Positions 1-9,211 of a stretch of 64,000 nucleotides of DNA are shown here, in pieces. Where the stretch lies: NCBI GenBank assembly GCA_039809385.1, contig JBDHUY010000006.1, positions 32,001 through 96,000 of the forward strand. The letters run 5' to 3'. The notes below the pieces were generated by a model. The model saw nothing but the letters and a program-made list of their open reading frames with translations, searched no databases and was not told the DNA's origin. Source of the stretch: Candidatus Altimarinota bacterium. Lineage in GTDB: Bacteria; Patescibacteriota; Gracilibacteria; JBDHUY01. Made by a program: the position numbers and the translations under genes. The first letter of the stretch is position 1. Each line of letters begins with the position of its first letter.

Positions 1-1
1 C

Positions 2-655
2 GGCTCGGGAAAGAGCACCCTGGCCAAAGTCATCCTGGGGCATCCGGCGTATACGGTTCAGAGCGGGAGCATCGAGTTCGATGGCAAAGATATCACCAGT
101 CTTTCACCTGATAAACGTGCAAAGAAAGGCCTGTTTTTAGCTTTTCAGTCACCGCAGAAAATCCCCGGACTGCCAGTATCACAGTTTTTGAGAACTGCGT
201 ATAACGCCGTGCACAAGCCTGTCGAAGAAGAAAAAAGAGGTTTAGGAGTTTTTCAGTTTCAGAAACTGATCAAGGGCAATATGGATAAACTCAAAATTGA
301 CGCACACTTTACCGAACGCTATTTAAACGAAGGCTTTTCGGGCGGAGAAATGAAAAAAACCGAGATTTTGCAAATGGCCTTATTAAAACCGAAAATCGCC
401 ATTCTGGACGAAATCGATTCGGGTCTGGATGTCGACGCGCTCAAGATCGTCTGCAAAAATATCGTCGAGCAACACCGGGAAAACGGTACCGGTATCTTGC
501 TCATAACCCACTATAATCGAATTCTGGATTATCTGAAACCAGACTTCGTGCACGTCATGGTCAACGGAAAATTGGTTCAGTCCGGCGACGCCGCTCTGGC
601 CCAGGAAGTTGAAGAAAAAGGATACAATCATCTCTTAGAAGAAGTTACAGCCTAA
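2..655 (+). CDS. sufC: Fe-S cluster assembly ATPase SufC (5' end lies before the window)
   Basis: Frame from position 2 reads GSGKSTL (Walker A), then LFLAFQ, LNEGFSGGEMKK, LDEIDSGLDVDAL, ITHY; upstream of sufB. Confidence 0.95.
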   Translation, partial: GSGKSTLAKVILGHPAYTVQSGSIEFDGKDITSLSPDKRAKKGLFLAFQSPQKIPGLPVSQFLRTAYNAVHKPVEEEKRGLGVFQFQKLIKGNMDKLKIDAHFTERYLNEGFSGGEMKKTEILQMALLKPKIAILDEIDSGLDVDALKIVCKNIVEQHRENGTGILLITHYNRILDYLKPDFVHVMVNGKLVQSGDAALAQEVEEKGYNHLLEEVTA

Positions 656-662
656 TTAAGAA

Positions 663-700
663 TCCCCTCTCTTAGAGGGGTGCCCCGAAGGGGCGGGGTG
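663..700. repeat. GC-rich double-hairpin REP-like element, left of DUF559
   Basis: tcccctctcttagagggg + tgccccgaaggggcggggtg; an inverted counterpart lies at 1107-1151. Confidence 0.75.
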
Positions 701-722
701 TTTTCTTGAAAGCACGATCATT

Positions 723-1103
723 ATGTCAAACAAGGTTATCCCTTACAATGCAAAGCTGAAAGAACTAGCTCGAAAGCTTAGAAATAACTCTACTCCATCA
801 GAGGTCATCCTCTGGCAACATCTCAAAAATGGAAAAATGCTTGGATATGATTTTCATCGACAGAAACCACTCTTAAACTATATTGTCGATTTTTATTGTC
901 CGGCATTGCAACTGGTGATCGAGATTGATGGTATTACCCACGACGAAAAAATAGAAAAAGATGTAATTCGACAAAGAGACATTGAAAAGTACGGGGTCTC
1001 GTTCCTGCGATTCTGGGATAAAGATGTTAGAACGAATATTGAAGGTGTAATTATGAAAATACAAGAGTGGATTGAGCAATATAGACAATCCGTGCCCTCC
1101 TGA
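723..1103 (+). CDS. DUF559 / Vsr-like endonuclease
   Basis: ARKLRNNSTPSEVILWQHL, FHRQKP..YIVDFYC, LVIEIDG..H, D..R...LRFW motifs. Confidence 0.9.
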   Translation: MSNKVIPYNAKLKELARKLRNNSTPSEVILWQHLKNGKMLGYDFHRQKPLLNYIVDFYCPALQLVIEIDGITHDEKIEKDVIRQRDIEKYGVSFLRFWDKDVRTNIEGVIMKIQEWIEQYRQSVPS

Positions 1104-1106
1104 ACA

Positions 1107-1151
1107 CACCCCCTCCGACCGAAGCGTCGGAGACCCCCTCTCAAGAGGGGA
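1107..1151. repeat. GC-rich double-hairpin REP-like element, right of DUF559 (inverted)
   Basis: caccccctccgaccgaagcgtcggagaccccctctcaagagggga; its reverse complement has the same architecture as 663-700. Confidence 0.75.
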
Positions 1152-1266
1152 TGGAAAACATGAGCCCTCCCTTGATCGATAATTTACTATACCAAAACCA
1201 GCCCCTTGCTTCATACCCCATGCCCCAAAGAATGAAGGCTGAGCAGAAAAGGAAGGATGAAGCTTT

Positions 1267-1301
1267 TATACTTCATACTTGATACCTTATACTTTATACT
1301 T
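1267..1301 (+). repeat. 5 x 7-nt array before sufB
   Basis: tatactt catactt gatacct tatactt tatactt. Confidence 0.85.
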
Positions 1302-1309
1302 GCTCCCCC

Positions 1310-2707
1310 ATGCAGACCCCCGTCATCACCCGCGAACTCTTCGAGACCGCGAACCAATCCGACTACGCCGCCAAAATTAAAAGAGGCCTTTCCGAAGAGC
1401 TTATTCGACGTATTTCATCCGAAAAGAAAGAACCCGAGTGGATGCTGGAAAAACGGCTCAAGGGCTTAAAACTGTTCAACGAAATGCCCATGCCGGCGTT
1501 TGGCCCCGACCTGAGCGCCCTGCATTTTGACGAAATAATCTACTATGCAGTAGCCAGCGACGTGGACGATGCCAAAACCTGGGACGACGTACCGTCCGAT
1601 ATTAAAAATACCTTTGAACGACTCGGTATTCCGCAAGCCGAGCGCGAAATGCTGGCCGGAGTCGGCGCACAGTATGAGTCGAAAGTGGTCTATCATAAAC
1701 TGAAAGAAGAGTGGGAAAAACAGGGTGTCATCTTCGAAGATATGGACGTGGCTTTGCAAAAATACCCCGACCTGGTCAAAAAATATTTTATGACCAACTG
1801 CGTGCCGGCTCACGATCACAAGTTTGCTGCGCTGCACGCCGCGGTTTGGAGTGGCGGAACCTTTCTCTTTGTTCCCAAAGGCGTGTCAATCGATACGCCG
1901 CTGCAAGCCTATTTTCGTATGAATGCCAAAAACATGGGGCAGTTCGAACATACGCTGATTATCATCGAAGAAGGTGCCCAGGCTCACTATATCGAAGGCT
2001 GCTCGGCCCCCAAATACGGCTCATCCTCGCTGCATGCCGGTTGTGTGGAAGTGTATGTGGAAAAGAACGCGCGCTTTCGCTACAGCTCGGTCGAGAACTG
2101 GAGCAAAGATACCTATAATCTCAATACCAAACGCGCCATGGTCAAAGAAAACGCGGTCATGGAATGGGTCGGCGGTAATCTGGGCAGCGGCGTGACCATG
2201 CTGTATCCCTGCAGTTACCTGCTGGGAGAAGGCGGGCGGGCTGACCATCTCGGCGTCGCATTTGCCGGCCCGGGGCAGGAACAAGATACCGGCGCAAAAG
2301 TCATCCACGTAGCTAAAAATACCAGCTCCAAGATTATGATGAAATCCCTCAGCGGCGGGGGTGGAAGATCCGTATACCGCGGATTATTACATGTGTTACC
2401 AAAAGCTTCTAATTGCTCGTCGTCCGTCACCTGCGACGCACTGATCCTGGACGGTGGGTCGGCATCGGATACGTTTCCGGATATCCGCATCGAAAATAAC
2501 AGTGTGACGATCAGCCACGAAGCCTCTGTCGGGAAAATAGGGGAAGAAGAAATTTTTTACCTGACCAGCCGCGGCGTTTCGCCCGAAGAAGCCAAAGCCA
2601 TGATCGTGAACGGATTTATCGAACCGATCGTCAAATCGTTACCGCTGGAATATGCGGTAGAACTGAACCGTTTGATCGAGATGGAAATGGAAGGAGCGGT
2701 GGGGTAA
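1310..2707 (+). CDS. sufB: Fe-S cluster assembly protein SufB
   Basis: GLSEELIRRIS..KKEPEWML, AGVGAQYES, GQFEHTLII, YIEGCSAP, PLEYAVELNRLIEMEMEGAVG. Confidence 0.97.
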   Translation: MQTPVITRELFETANQSDYAAKIKRGLSEELIRRISSEKKEPEWMLEKRLKGLKLFNEMPMPAFGPDLSALHFDEIIYYAVASDVDDAKTWDDVPSDIKNTFERLGIPQAEREMLAGVGAQYESKVVYHKLKEEWEKQGVIFEDMDVALQKYPDLVKKYFMTNCVPAHDHKFAALHAAVWSGGTFLFVPKGVSIDTPLQAYFRMNAKNMGQFEHTLIIIEEGAQAHYIEGCSAPKYGSSSLHAGCVEVYVEKNARFRYSSVENWSKDTYNLNTKRAMVKENAVMEWVGGNLGSGVTMLYPCSYLLGEGGRADHLGVAFAGPGQEQDTGAKVIHVAKNTSSKIMMKSLSGGGGRSVYRGLLHVLPKASNCSSSVTCDALILDGGSASDTFPDIRIENNSVTISHEASVGKIGEEEIFYLTSRGVSPEEAKAMIVNGFIEPIVKSLPLEYAVELNRLIEMEMEGAVG

Positions 2708-2709
2708 CC

Positions 2710-2744
2710 AGTTAGGAGTCAGAAGAACAGAGTTTGGAGTTATA
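2710..2744 (+). repeat. 5 x 7-nt purine-rich array after the sufB stop
   Basis: agttagg agtcaga agaacag agtttgg agttata. Confidence 0.65.
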
Positions 2745-2839
2745 AATTTAAATTTCAAGGCTTTATTCGTCTACTCCAAAAATGTAACCTTTCGGTACAT
2801 ACCGAGATACAAAAGTATATTACTTTTTATGTACTGTAT

Positions 2840-4090
2840 ATGTATACGCACTTACGTTTCAGACTTGCGTTCCTGTGCTTAGTGTTGTTAACTGGATGCA
2901 ACGTTCAAAATCCTTCTCGAATTGCCAACCAGAACGGCACCGCAGGACCAAACACGAACCAGCATGTGACCTGGAAAACGGCTGAAGCAGAAAAGTACGG
3001 TCTTTCGCTCAGTATTCCGGGAAATTGGGATTTTCAGGCACGAGAAGGAAATACCAGTACCGCAGAATCGTTCCTGGTATCTATTCCTGAAAATCGCAAT
3101 GGAAATATTTCGCCCAAAGCTACGATGATTCTTATATTCAAACCTCGTCTCAGAGCAGATAACGACCAAGCGAAACAGAGAAATTACACACTTACGGAAT
3201 ATCTGGAAAAATCACTCGTCGCCACGCGGGGAGAACTGGCCCCAGCGGACGACAAAATGATCAACGGCCTTCATCTTACCGCCGCAGTCGAAACCGACCC
3301 GGACGGCAACAGCCTGATTCGAACATACTATGCCGAGCTACCAGAGTATTTTTTAGAAATCGCTTACCCGAAAAATCATTCCGAAAAAGAAACACTGGAA
3401 AAGATAATCGATAGTATCCGGGTAAACCGGGAAAATACGTCGCATAAAACCTCCGAGAATAAAAACCGTAATACCGATACCGTTGCCGCAACCCCCGAAA
3501 CCGGATTTAGTTTTGAACCTTGCGGGAATCCGCAAAAATATGCCAAAGCATCCTGGTATCCGGATCTGGAAAAAGGGATTGAAAAACTGCCGCTCTATAA
3601 CGATTACGACCGGGATGGCGAGGGAAAAACTCTCAAAAACGACCGAAATCTGACGATGCAGGATATTGCCGAATTGTGTTACGATACCGAAAACCACTTG
3701 GCCATCATTCTGATACCCGCCCGTATCTACGGTGGCGACGGATTCCGTTTATTACAATTCGATACAGTCGATAAAAATCTAAAACAAGCCACCCGGGAAG
3801 ATATTCACGGCGGGAAAAACACACCATATTACAAAAAAACCTGCGAGACAGCGATCAAAGCCGGAGAAAAAAATTGTCCTGAAACATTCGCCTGGTTTGA
3901 TGTACCGGATACCCTCGGCGTCATGGAACAAAACCGCTTCTATCCAACCGCACAAGGCGGAGACGGGGGATGCTTCGCCGAGTCAAGTTTTGTGTATGAC
4001 ATAGCTGAGAACCATCTATCGATCTCGGAACAGTGTAATCAGTGCGGAGAAGACAAAGCAACCCGGCAGTGCAGCACATACGACAACTGA
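2840..4090 (+). CDS. Putative lipoprotein (possible PsbP-like N-terminal domain, Cys-containing C-terminus)
   Basis: Hydrophobic signal with lipobox LTGC; WKT....YGLSLSIPGNW segment; 416-aa ORF. Confidence 0.7.
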   Translation: MYTHLRFRLAFLCLVLLTGCNVQNPSRIANQNGTAGPNTNQHVTWKTAEAEKYGLSLSIPGNWDFQAREGNTSTAESFLVSIPENRNGNISPKATMILIFKPRLRADNDQAKQRNYTLTEYLEKSLVATRGELAPADDKMINGLHLTAAVETDPDGNSLIRTYYAELPEYFLEIAYPKNHSEKETLEKIIDSIRVNRENTSHKTSENKNRNTDTVAATPETGFSFEPCGNPQKYAKASWYPDLEKGIEKLPLYNDYDRDGEGKTLKNDRNLTMQDIAELCYDTENHLAIILIPARIYGGDGFRLLQFDTVDKNLKQATREDIHGGKNTPYYKKTCETAIKAGEKNCPETFAWFDVPDTLGVMEQNRFYPTAQGGDGGCFAESSFVYDIAENHLSISEQCNQCGEDKATRQCSTYDN

Positions 4091-4188
4091 TATTGTCAAA
4101 CAGGATTAATAAATCTACAATCTATTAGAATCAGAAACATCCGTATTAGAATATTGGATGCGACAATTATAATTGTCACTCTATATAT

Positions 4189-4761
4189 ATGCCAGATTTG
4201 AATCGTTCGATTCTAGGAGAAGAAGAAAAATTGCTATTTTCAGGTATAAACAGCCCGCCGCAAGTAACACGAATACTGGCTCCGGGGATAGCAATGCTTA
4301 TCCTGACAGTTCATCTGTTAGCGATACAATCTGTATACGGACAGAAAAATCCGGAGGTACCGGTTGTAGAATCATCACAGCATGTACGGCATAAAGAAAA
4401 TACAAAAAAAAGAGAAGCAGAATCACTGGAGAAACGTATTAAAGAAGGTGGTTATCGATTTACCGCCGAGGCCAAAGATATAGCCATCTATCATGAAATA
4501 CAGATCCTGGAGAACGACCGGCATCAAGTGATTCTTCTGGTATCATATGAGACCGGACAATCGCTCAAGGAGATTCGGACCGGACGAACAGAATCAAACC
4601 AGGAAGAAGACACGACGTATGTCTATTTTCAGGACAAAGGCGAGAATTTTGTCCTACTGATTCCGCACGATGGCAACACATACCAGCTAATCAGAGCAAA
4701 AAACAAGCGATCCACAGTGATTTCCAAAGGATATATTACTGAAATCGACGGGGCAAAATGA
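4189..4761 (+). CDS. Hypothetical protein with one hydrophobic segment
   Basis: 190-aa ORF filling the gap; no recognised motif. Confidence 0.6.
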   Translation: MPDLNRSILGEEEKLLFSGINSPPQVTRILAPGIAMLILTVHLLAIQSVYGQKNPEVPVVESSQHVRHKENTKKREAESLEKRIKEGGYRFTAEAKDIAIYHEIQILENDRHQVILLVSYETGQSLKEIRTGRTESNQEEDTTYVYFQDKGENFVLLIPHDGNTYQLIRAKNKRSTVISKGYITEIDGAK

Positions 4762-4894
4762 GAAGACCCATTTTGGATATCTATTGTAATTCAGGAAAAT
4801 ACCAACAACAATTCATTCGCATTTTCCCTTCAGTTTGATAGAATACATGCTATAATTGGCCGAGCGATTTTTACTTTATTTCAATCAATTCGTT

Positions 4895-5704
4895 ATGGAT
4901 ATTGTCGTAGAAACACTCAAAGGATTAGATTTGTCGGACAAAGAGATCGACGTATATCTGGCTATTTTGGAGCTGGGCAGCGTGCCGGCTTCGGTGATCG
5001 GAAAACGTACCGGGATCGTGCGCAGTACCACTCAATACACCTGCCAGCAGCTTACGCAAAAGGGATTGCTCAGAAGTATTACACGCGGGAATACGTTTCT
5101 CTATAGCGCCGAGTCGCCCGAAAAATTGCTCTATCTCCTGGATCAGCGCAAAAAAGACCTGGAACTCCAGGAAGAAAACGTCCAGCGCATCATCGGCGAA
5201 CTGAAGAAACGCATGAACCCCAAAATCTTGATGCCACGGGTACAATTCATCGAAGGCGAAGACAATATGATCAGCCTGTACCGCGAAATGCTGGATCAAA
5301 AAGAACCGATCTATAACGCTTTTCTCAAACAAGAGGAGATTGCCGAAAAATTCGGAAGATTCATGGACCGGCAATTCATACCTCAGCGGATCCAGCGCGG
5401 CGTCAAAGCATTCGTGTTGTTGAACGATACATCGGACGGAGCTCATGAGGTCGTTGAGACAGACAAACAGAGTAAGCGTGTTACTATGTTAGTTCCTACA
5501 AAGAACTATCCATTTGAAGCAGACGTCAACCTCTATGGGAACAAAGTTGCTTTTTACTCCTACCGAAAAAACGATCTGACCGGAGTAATTATCGAGAACC
5601 AGTACATCCGCGCCTCGATGTTTTCGATGTTCAAGATGGCTTGGGACTATGCCCGAATGCTTCCTATGAACAAGAAATACAAAGACATCGAACTCCCCGG
5701 CTAA
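4895..5704 (+). CDS. TrmB-family transcriptional regulator
   Basis: LSDKEIDVYLAILELG HTH, FIEG, YGNKVAFYS...GVIIEN...FKMAW; start moved to ATG 4895. Confidence 0.88.
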   Translation: MDIVVETLKGLDLSDKEIDVYLAILELGSVPASVIGKRTGIVRSTTQYTCQQLTQKGLLRSITRGNTFLYSAESPEKLLYLLDQRKKDLELQEENVQRIIGELKKRMNPKILMPRVQFIEGEDNMISLYREMLDQKEPIYNAFLKQEEIAEKFGRFMDRQFIPQRIQRGVKAFVLLNDTSDGAHEVVETDKQSKRVTMLVPTKNYPFEADVNLYGNKVAFYSYRKNDLTGVIIENQYIRASMFSMFKMAWDYARMLPMNKKYKDIELPG

Positions 5705-5842
5705 AAGAAAGATCGGAACTACAACCAGTTCGTGGTTTGTAGCTCCTTCGTAAAAGAGGGGGGAGAGTCTATTTATTTTTAAGGCCACGCGGAAAGGCAA
5801 ACCGAGGCTTTTTCTCATCAGTTGTTCCATTTTTAAAAATTC

Positions 5843-6835
5843 ATGTCCACTCTCCTGTTAGAAACAATGACCAAACATACCTCTCTGTCGCTCTCCAAAC
5901 GCCAGCGTTCTTTTTTGGCCCTGTTCGAGCCGGAAATTTTGGAAAGAAGCAGCTCGTCAGACATACGTTTAAACAATGCGCAACAAGAAGAAGGCCTGAT
6001 ACTCATTCAACCGGATCAAAAGATGCCGCATTATACCCTTACTATTACGCAAAATATCGTGGTATCCGACACAATCGAAATACACATGAAACCGGGTATA
6101 TCGCTCGACATTATTGTAGAGAATAACGTCTCGGTAACGATACGCGAAATTCGTCATCGCACAAAGCCTAGTACCGAAAACGTGGTTACCGTTTCGAGCG
6201 TCAGCATCAGGATAGGCGAAAACAGTCAGGTTCAATACATCTACCAGGCAGAAAAGCTTCTACAAAACGATATACAACTGCGCCAGGCTCGCCTCGGAAA
6301 ATCTTCAAGTTGCACCTGGCACCTGCATTACCGACAAAACGACAATATTTTTGCCCATACCCATACCGTATTGGAAGATCGCGCTTCCGTTACTCTGCTG
6401 GGAACTTATCAGCAAAACGAAGGCGAGCGGATACTGCTCGATTACGAAGTCGTACACGAACGTCCGGATACCTCGTCGAATATTCTGGTACACGGCGTAG
6501 GCAGCGGAAAATCACGTTCCGAGTTTGTCGGAAAAATCCATATTAGCGCCGCAGCGGTGGGCAGTGACGCGCATCTGGACGAACATTGTCTCCTGTTTTC
6601 GGAACAGGCAAAACACGACTCCATGCCGATTCTGGAAATCAATACGAATGAAGTAAAAGCGACGCACAGCGCTTCGATCACCCAGATCGACGAGAACTAT
6701 CTTTTTTACCTGGCATCGCGCGGTATCGACGAAGCAAGCGGTAAAGAATTGATCAAGACCAGCTTTCTGGAAAGCATCCTCGGTCGTATGCCGGGAACGC
6801 GGAGTCCTTCGTACAAAGTACCTAGTACAGAGTAG
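5843..6835 (+). CDS. sufD: SufD-family Fe-S assembly protein
   Basis: C-terminal PILEINTNEVKATHSASI...LFYLASRGI; directly upstream of sufS. Confidence 0.88.
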   Translation: MSTLLLETMTKHTSLSLSKRQRSFLALFEPEILERSSSSDIRLNNAQQEEGLILIQPDQKMPHYTLTITQNIVVSDTIEIHMKPGISLDIIVENNVSVTIREIRHRTKPSTENVVTVSSVSIRIGENSQVQYIYQAEKLLQNDIQLRQARLGKSSSCTWHLHYRQNDNIFAHTHTVLEDRASVTLLGTYQQNEGERILLDYEVVHERPDTSSNILVHGVGSGKSRSEFVGKIHISAAAVGSDAHLDEHCLLFSEQAKHDSMPILEINTNEVKATHSASITQIDENYLFYLASRGIDEASGKELIKTSFLESILGRMPGTRSPSYKVPSTE

Positions 6836-6927
6836 AGACCGAAATTTATAAAAATTGAAGGAAATTTATAGAAATTTATTGTATAGAATCAGATTTTGCT
6901 GTCAGCTGCTTGCTGTAGGCTGTCAGC
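6804..6927 (+). repeat. Cluster of short-period arrays at the sufD-sufS junction
   Basis: gtacaaa gtaccta gtacaga gtagaga (6811-6838, contains the sufD stop); 10-nt period gaaatttata units (6841-6878); gctgtca gctgctt gctgtag gctgtca (6898-6925). Confidence 0.75.
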
Positions 6928-6976
6928 CCGTTACTACCGCTCCGTTCTCCCCTCTCCTAACTCCATTCTTGTCCTC

Positions 6977-8191
6977 ATGTTCGACCCTGCCAACATCCGC
7001 TCCGATTTTCCTCTGCTGCAACAAACCGTAAACGGTTATCCCATAATCTATCTGGACAATGCCGCAACCAGCCAAAAACCAAGCATAGTGCTGGAAAGTA
7101 TGGAAACCTATTATCGGGAATACAATGCCAACGTTCACCGCGGCCTCTATACGATGGCTGAAAAAGCTACTCTGGCATACGAAAAAGCCCGGGAAAAAGT
7201 AGCGCATTTTATCGGAGCGGAACAAGACGAAGTTCTATTCGAAAGAAGCGCCACAGGAGCGATCAACCATATTGCCGATCTATTAGTACGTAATCGGTTA
7301 AAAGCCGGAGATGCTATTCTACTGACTCTTTCGGAACATCACAGCAACTTGGTTCCGTGGCAGATCATGGCACAACGCTACGGTTTTGAACTCAAATTTA
7401 TTCCTCTGAATGAGGAAGGAAAGCTGATAATAGACAATCTGGATGAAATGCTAGAGGAAGTAAAAGCAATTGCAATACAGCACGTATCGAATGTGACAGG
7501 AGTAATCCATCCGGTTAAAGAGATTATCGAAAAAGCCCGCGCCAGAGGAATTATCACGTTGATCGATGCCTGCCAGTCGATTCCTCACGTACCAATAGAC
7601 GTCAAAGCGCTCGACTGCGATTTTTTGGTATTTGCCGGTCATAAGGTCTACGGTCCGACCGGGATCGGCGTGTGGTATGGCAAAAAAGAGCTATTGGAAA
7701 GTTTTGAACCCGTCCGCGGCGGCGGCGATATGATTCTGGAAGTCTTCGAACATCATTCCACGTGGAACGAGGTCCCTGCCAAGTTCGAGGCCGGGACTCC
7801 TGCCATTGCCGAAGCCATCGGACTGGGAGCGGCGATTGATTATATTGAGAACCTCCAACTTGCCTCAATTCTCCCGCACGAACAAGAACTGACATCTTAT
7901 ACGATCTCTCGACTGCAGGAGATCCCCGGAGTACGAATACTGGGACCTGCTACGAACAAGAACCGCCTCGGAGCAATTGCCTTCGTTATGGAAGGAATAC
8001 ACCCCCACGATATCGCCGCTTATGTCGATCGCTACGGAATAGCCATCCGTGCCGGACATCACTGCGCGCAACTGCTGCATAAACATTTCCGGATTCCGGC
8101 CTCGGCTCGCATCAGTCTGGGCATGTATAACACCCGCGAGGATATAGATCGGGCGATCAGTGCCCTTCAGGAAGTACGTGCGAAATTCTAA
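6977..8191 (+). CDS. sufS: Cysteine desulfurase SufS
   Basis: YLDNAATSQKP, EHHSNLVPW, FAGHK (PLP lysine), RAGHHCA (group II); start ATG 6977. Confidence 0.97.
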   Translation: MFDPANIRSDFPLLQQTVNGYPIIYLDNAATSQKPSIVLESMETYYREYNANVHRGLYTMAEKATLAYEKAREKVAHFIGAEQDEVLFERSATGAINHIADLLVRNRLKAGDAILLTLSEHHSNLVPWQIMAQRYGFELKFIPLNEEGKLIIDNLDEMLEEVKAIAIQHVSNVTGVIHPVKEIIEKARARGIITLIDACQSIPHVPIDVKALDCDFLVFAGHKVYGPTGIGVWYGKKELLESFEPVRGGGDMILEVFEHHSTWNEVPAKFEAGTPAIAEAIGLGAAIDYIENLQLASILPHEQELTSYTISRLQEIPGVRILGPATNKNRLGAIAFVMEGIHPHDIAAYVDRYGIAIRAGHHCAQLLHKHFRIPASARISLGMYNTREDIDRAISALQEVRAKF

Positions 8192-8197
8192 GGCAAG

Positions 8198-8305
8198 AGT
8201 ATGAGGTATTATGTATAAAGTATGGGAGACTCCTCAATAAGGTCGTAATGAACTGCTTAATTAAGAATACTTACTACTTACTACTTCCTACATTATACTT
8301 AATAC
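8198..8305 (+). repeat. Inverted pair of 7-nt arrays with no gene inside
   Basis: agtatga ggtatta tgtataa agtatgg ... atactta ctactta ctacttc ctacatt atactta. Confidence 0.8.
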
Positions 8306-8316
8306 CCCTGTCCCTC

Positions 8317-8619
8317 ATGTCCCTTCCCCAACCCGGCATCTACCGCCATTACAAAGAAAATCTCTACCGTGTTCTGGGCACGGGACGTCACAGCGAAACC
8401 CTCGAAGAATACGTAGTCTATCAGGGACTCTACGATTCGCCCGAATTTGGTAAAAATCCGCTCTGGGTACGCCCCCTCAATTTGTTCCAGGAACAGGTAA
8501 CGGTAGATGGTCGATCGATACCTCGATTTACCTACATCGGACCCGAGAACGAGAAAGTATTGGAAGATAGAAGAGAGCGTGGAGAATCAAGAATCGAGGG
8601 AGAAGACATCGAATCTTAA
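8317..8619 (+). CDS. DUF1653 domain protein
   Basis: PGIYRHYK..LYRVLG.GRHSETLEEYVVYQ.LY...WVRPL.LF...RF; start ATG 8317. Confidence 0.9.
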   Translation: MSLPQPGIYRHYKENLYRVLGTGRHSETLEEYVVYQGLYDSPEFGKNPLWVRPLNLFQEQVTVDGRSIPRFTYIGPENEKVLEDRRERGESRIEGEDIES

Positions 8620-8675
8620 AAACCGCCACCCGTTCCTTTATAACGGATCTCTACAAATTCCCCTCTGTTTCCCCT

Positions 8676-8703
8676 TTTGACTTCGGACTTTTGACTTGTG
8701 ACT
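8676..8703 (+). repeat. 4 x 7-nt array before sufU
   Basis: tttgact tcggact tttgact tgtgact. Confidence 0.75.
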
Positions 8704-8715
8704 CATCCTCCCCGT

Positions 8716-9087
8716 ATGGACATCTATCAGGAACAAATACTCGACCTCTACAAGCACCCTCTCAATTACGGAAAACTGGAAAAAGCCCAGATTGTTCGAC
8801 ATGAGATCAATCCGACCTGCGGTGACGAAATTACCATGTACCTCTTGTTTGAAGGTGATATACTCAAACATATTACATTTGAAGGCAAAGGCTGCGCTAT
8901 CAGCCAAGCCAGCGCCAGCCTGCTCACAGAGTTTTCAACCGGAAAGTCCATAACCGAACTGGAAGGAATCGGCAAAGCAACGATCCTGGAAATGCTGGGA
9001 ATCGAGCTTGGCCCCACTCGGCTCAAGTGCGCGTTATTATCATTACAAGCATTATCGAGAGGAGTACTGGAGTACAAGAAACAATAA
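8716..9087 (+). CDS. sufU: SufU/IscU-family Fe-S scaffold
   Basis: YQEQILD, NPTCGD, GCAISQASAS, RLKCALL; start ATG 8716. Confidence 0.93.
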   Translation: MDIYQEQILDLYKHPLNYGKLEKAQIVRHEINPTCGDEITMYLLFEGDILKHITFEGKGCAISQASASLLTEFSTGKSITELEGIGKATILEMLGIELGPTRLKCALLSLQALSRGVLEYKKQ

Positions 9088-9211
9088 TTAAAGCTCTAAA
9101 ATCGACCAACACCCTTCAGTTACGGATCAAATTTCGCTATTCTTTTGACAAACCGCAAAGAGTCGTTTTTAATACGCTTAGAGATACGCTGTTTCCTTCA
9201 AAAATATTATT

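Noticed and set aside
1257-1469. Small ORF MKLLYFILDTLYFIL and the N-terminal extensions of the sufS, DUF1653 and rpmI ORFs
   Set aside because: These are translations of the heptamer arrays, not plausible protein sequence.
5780-5815. c-di-GMP-I riboswitch (ggcaaacc)
   Set aside because: Only a short motif matches; the second stem and the remaining consensus are absent.
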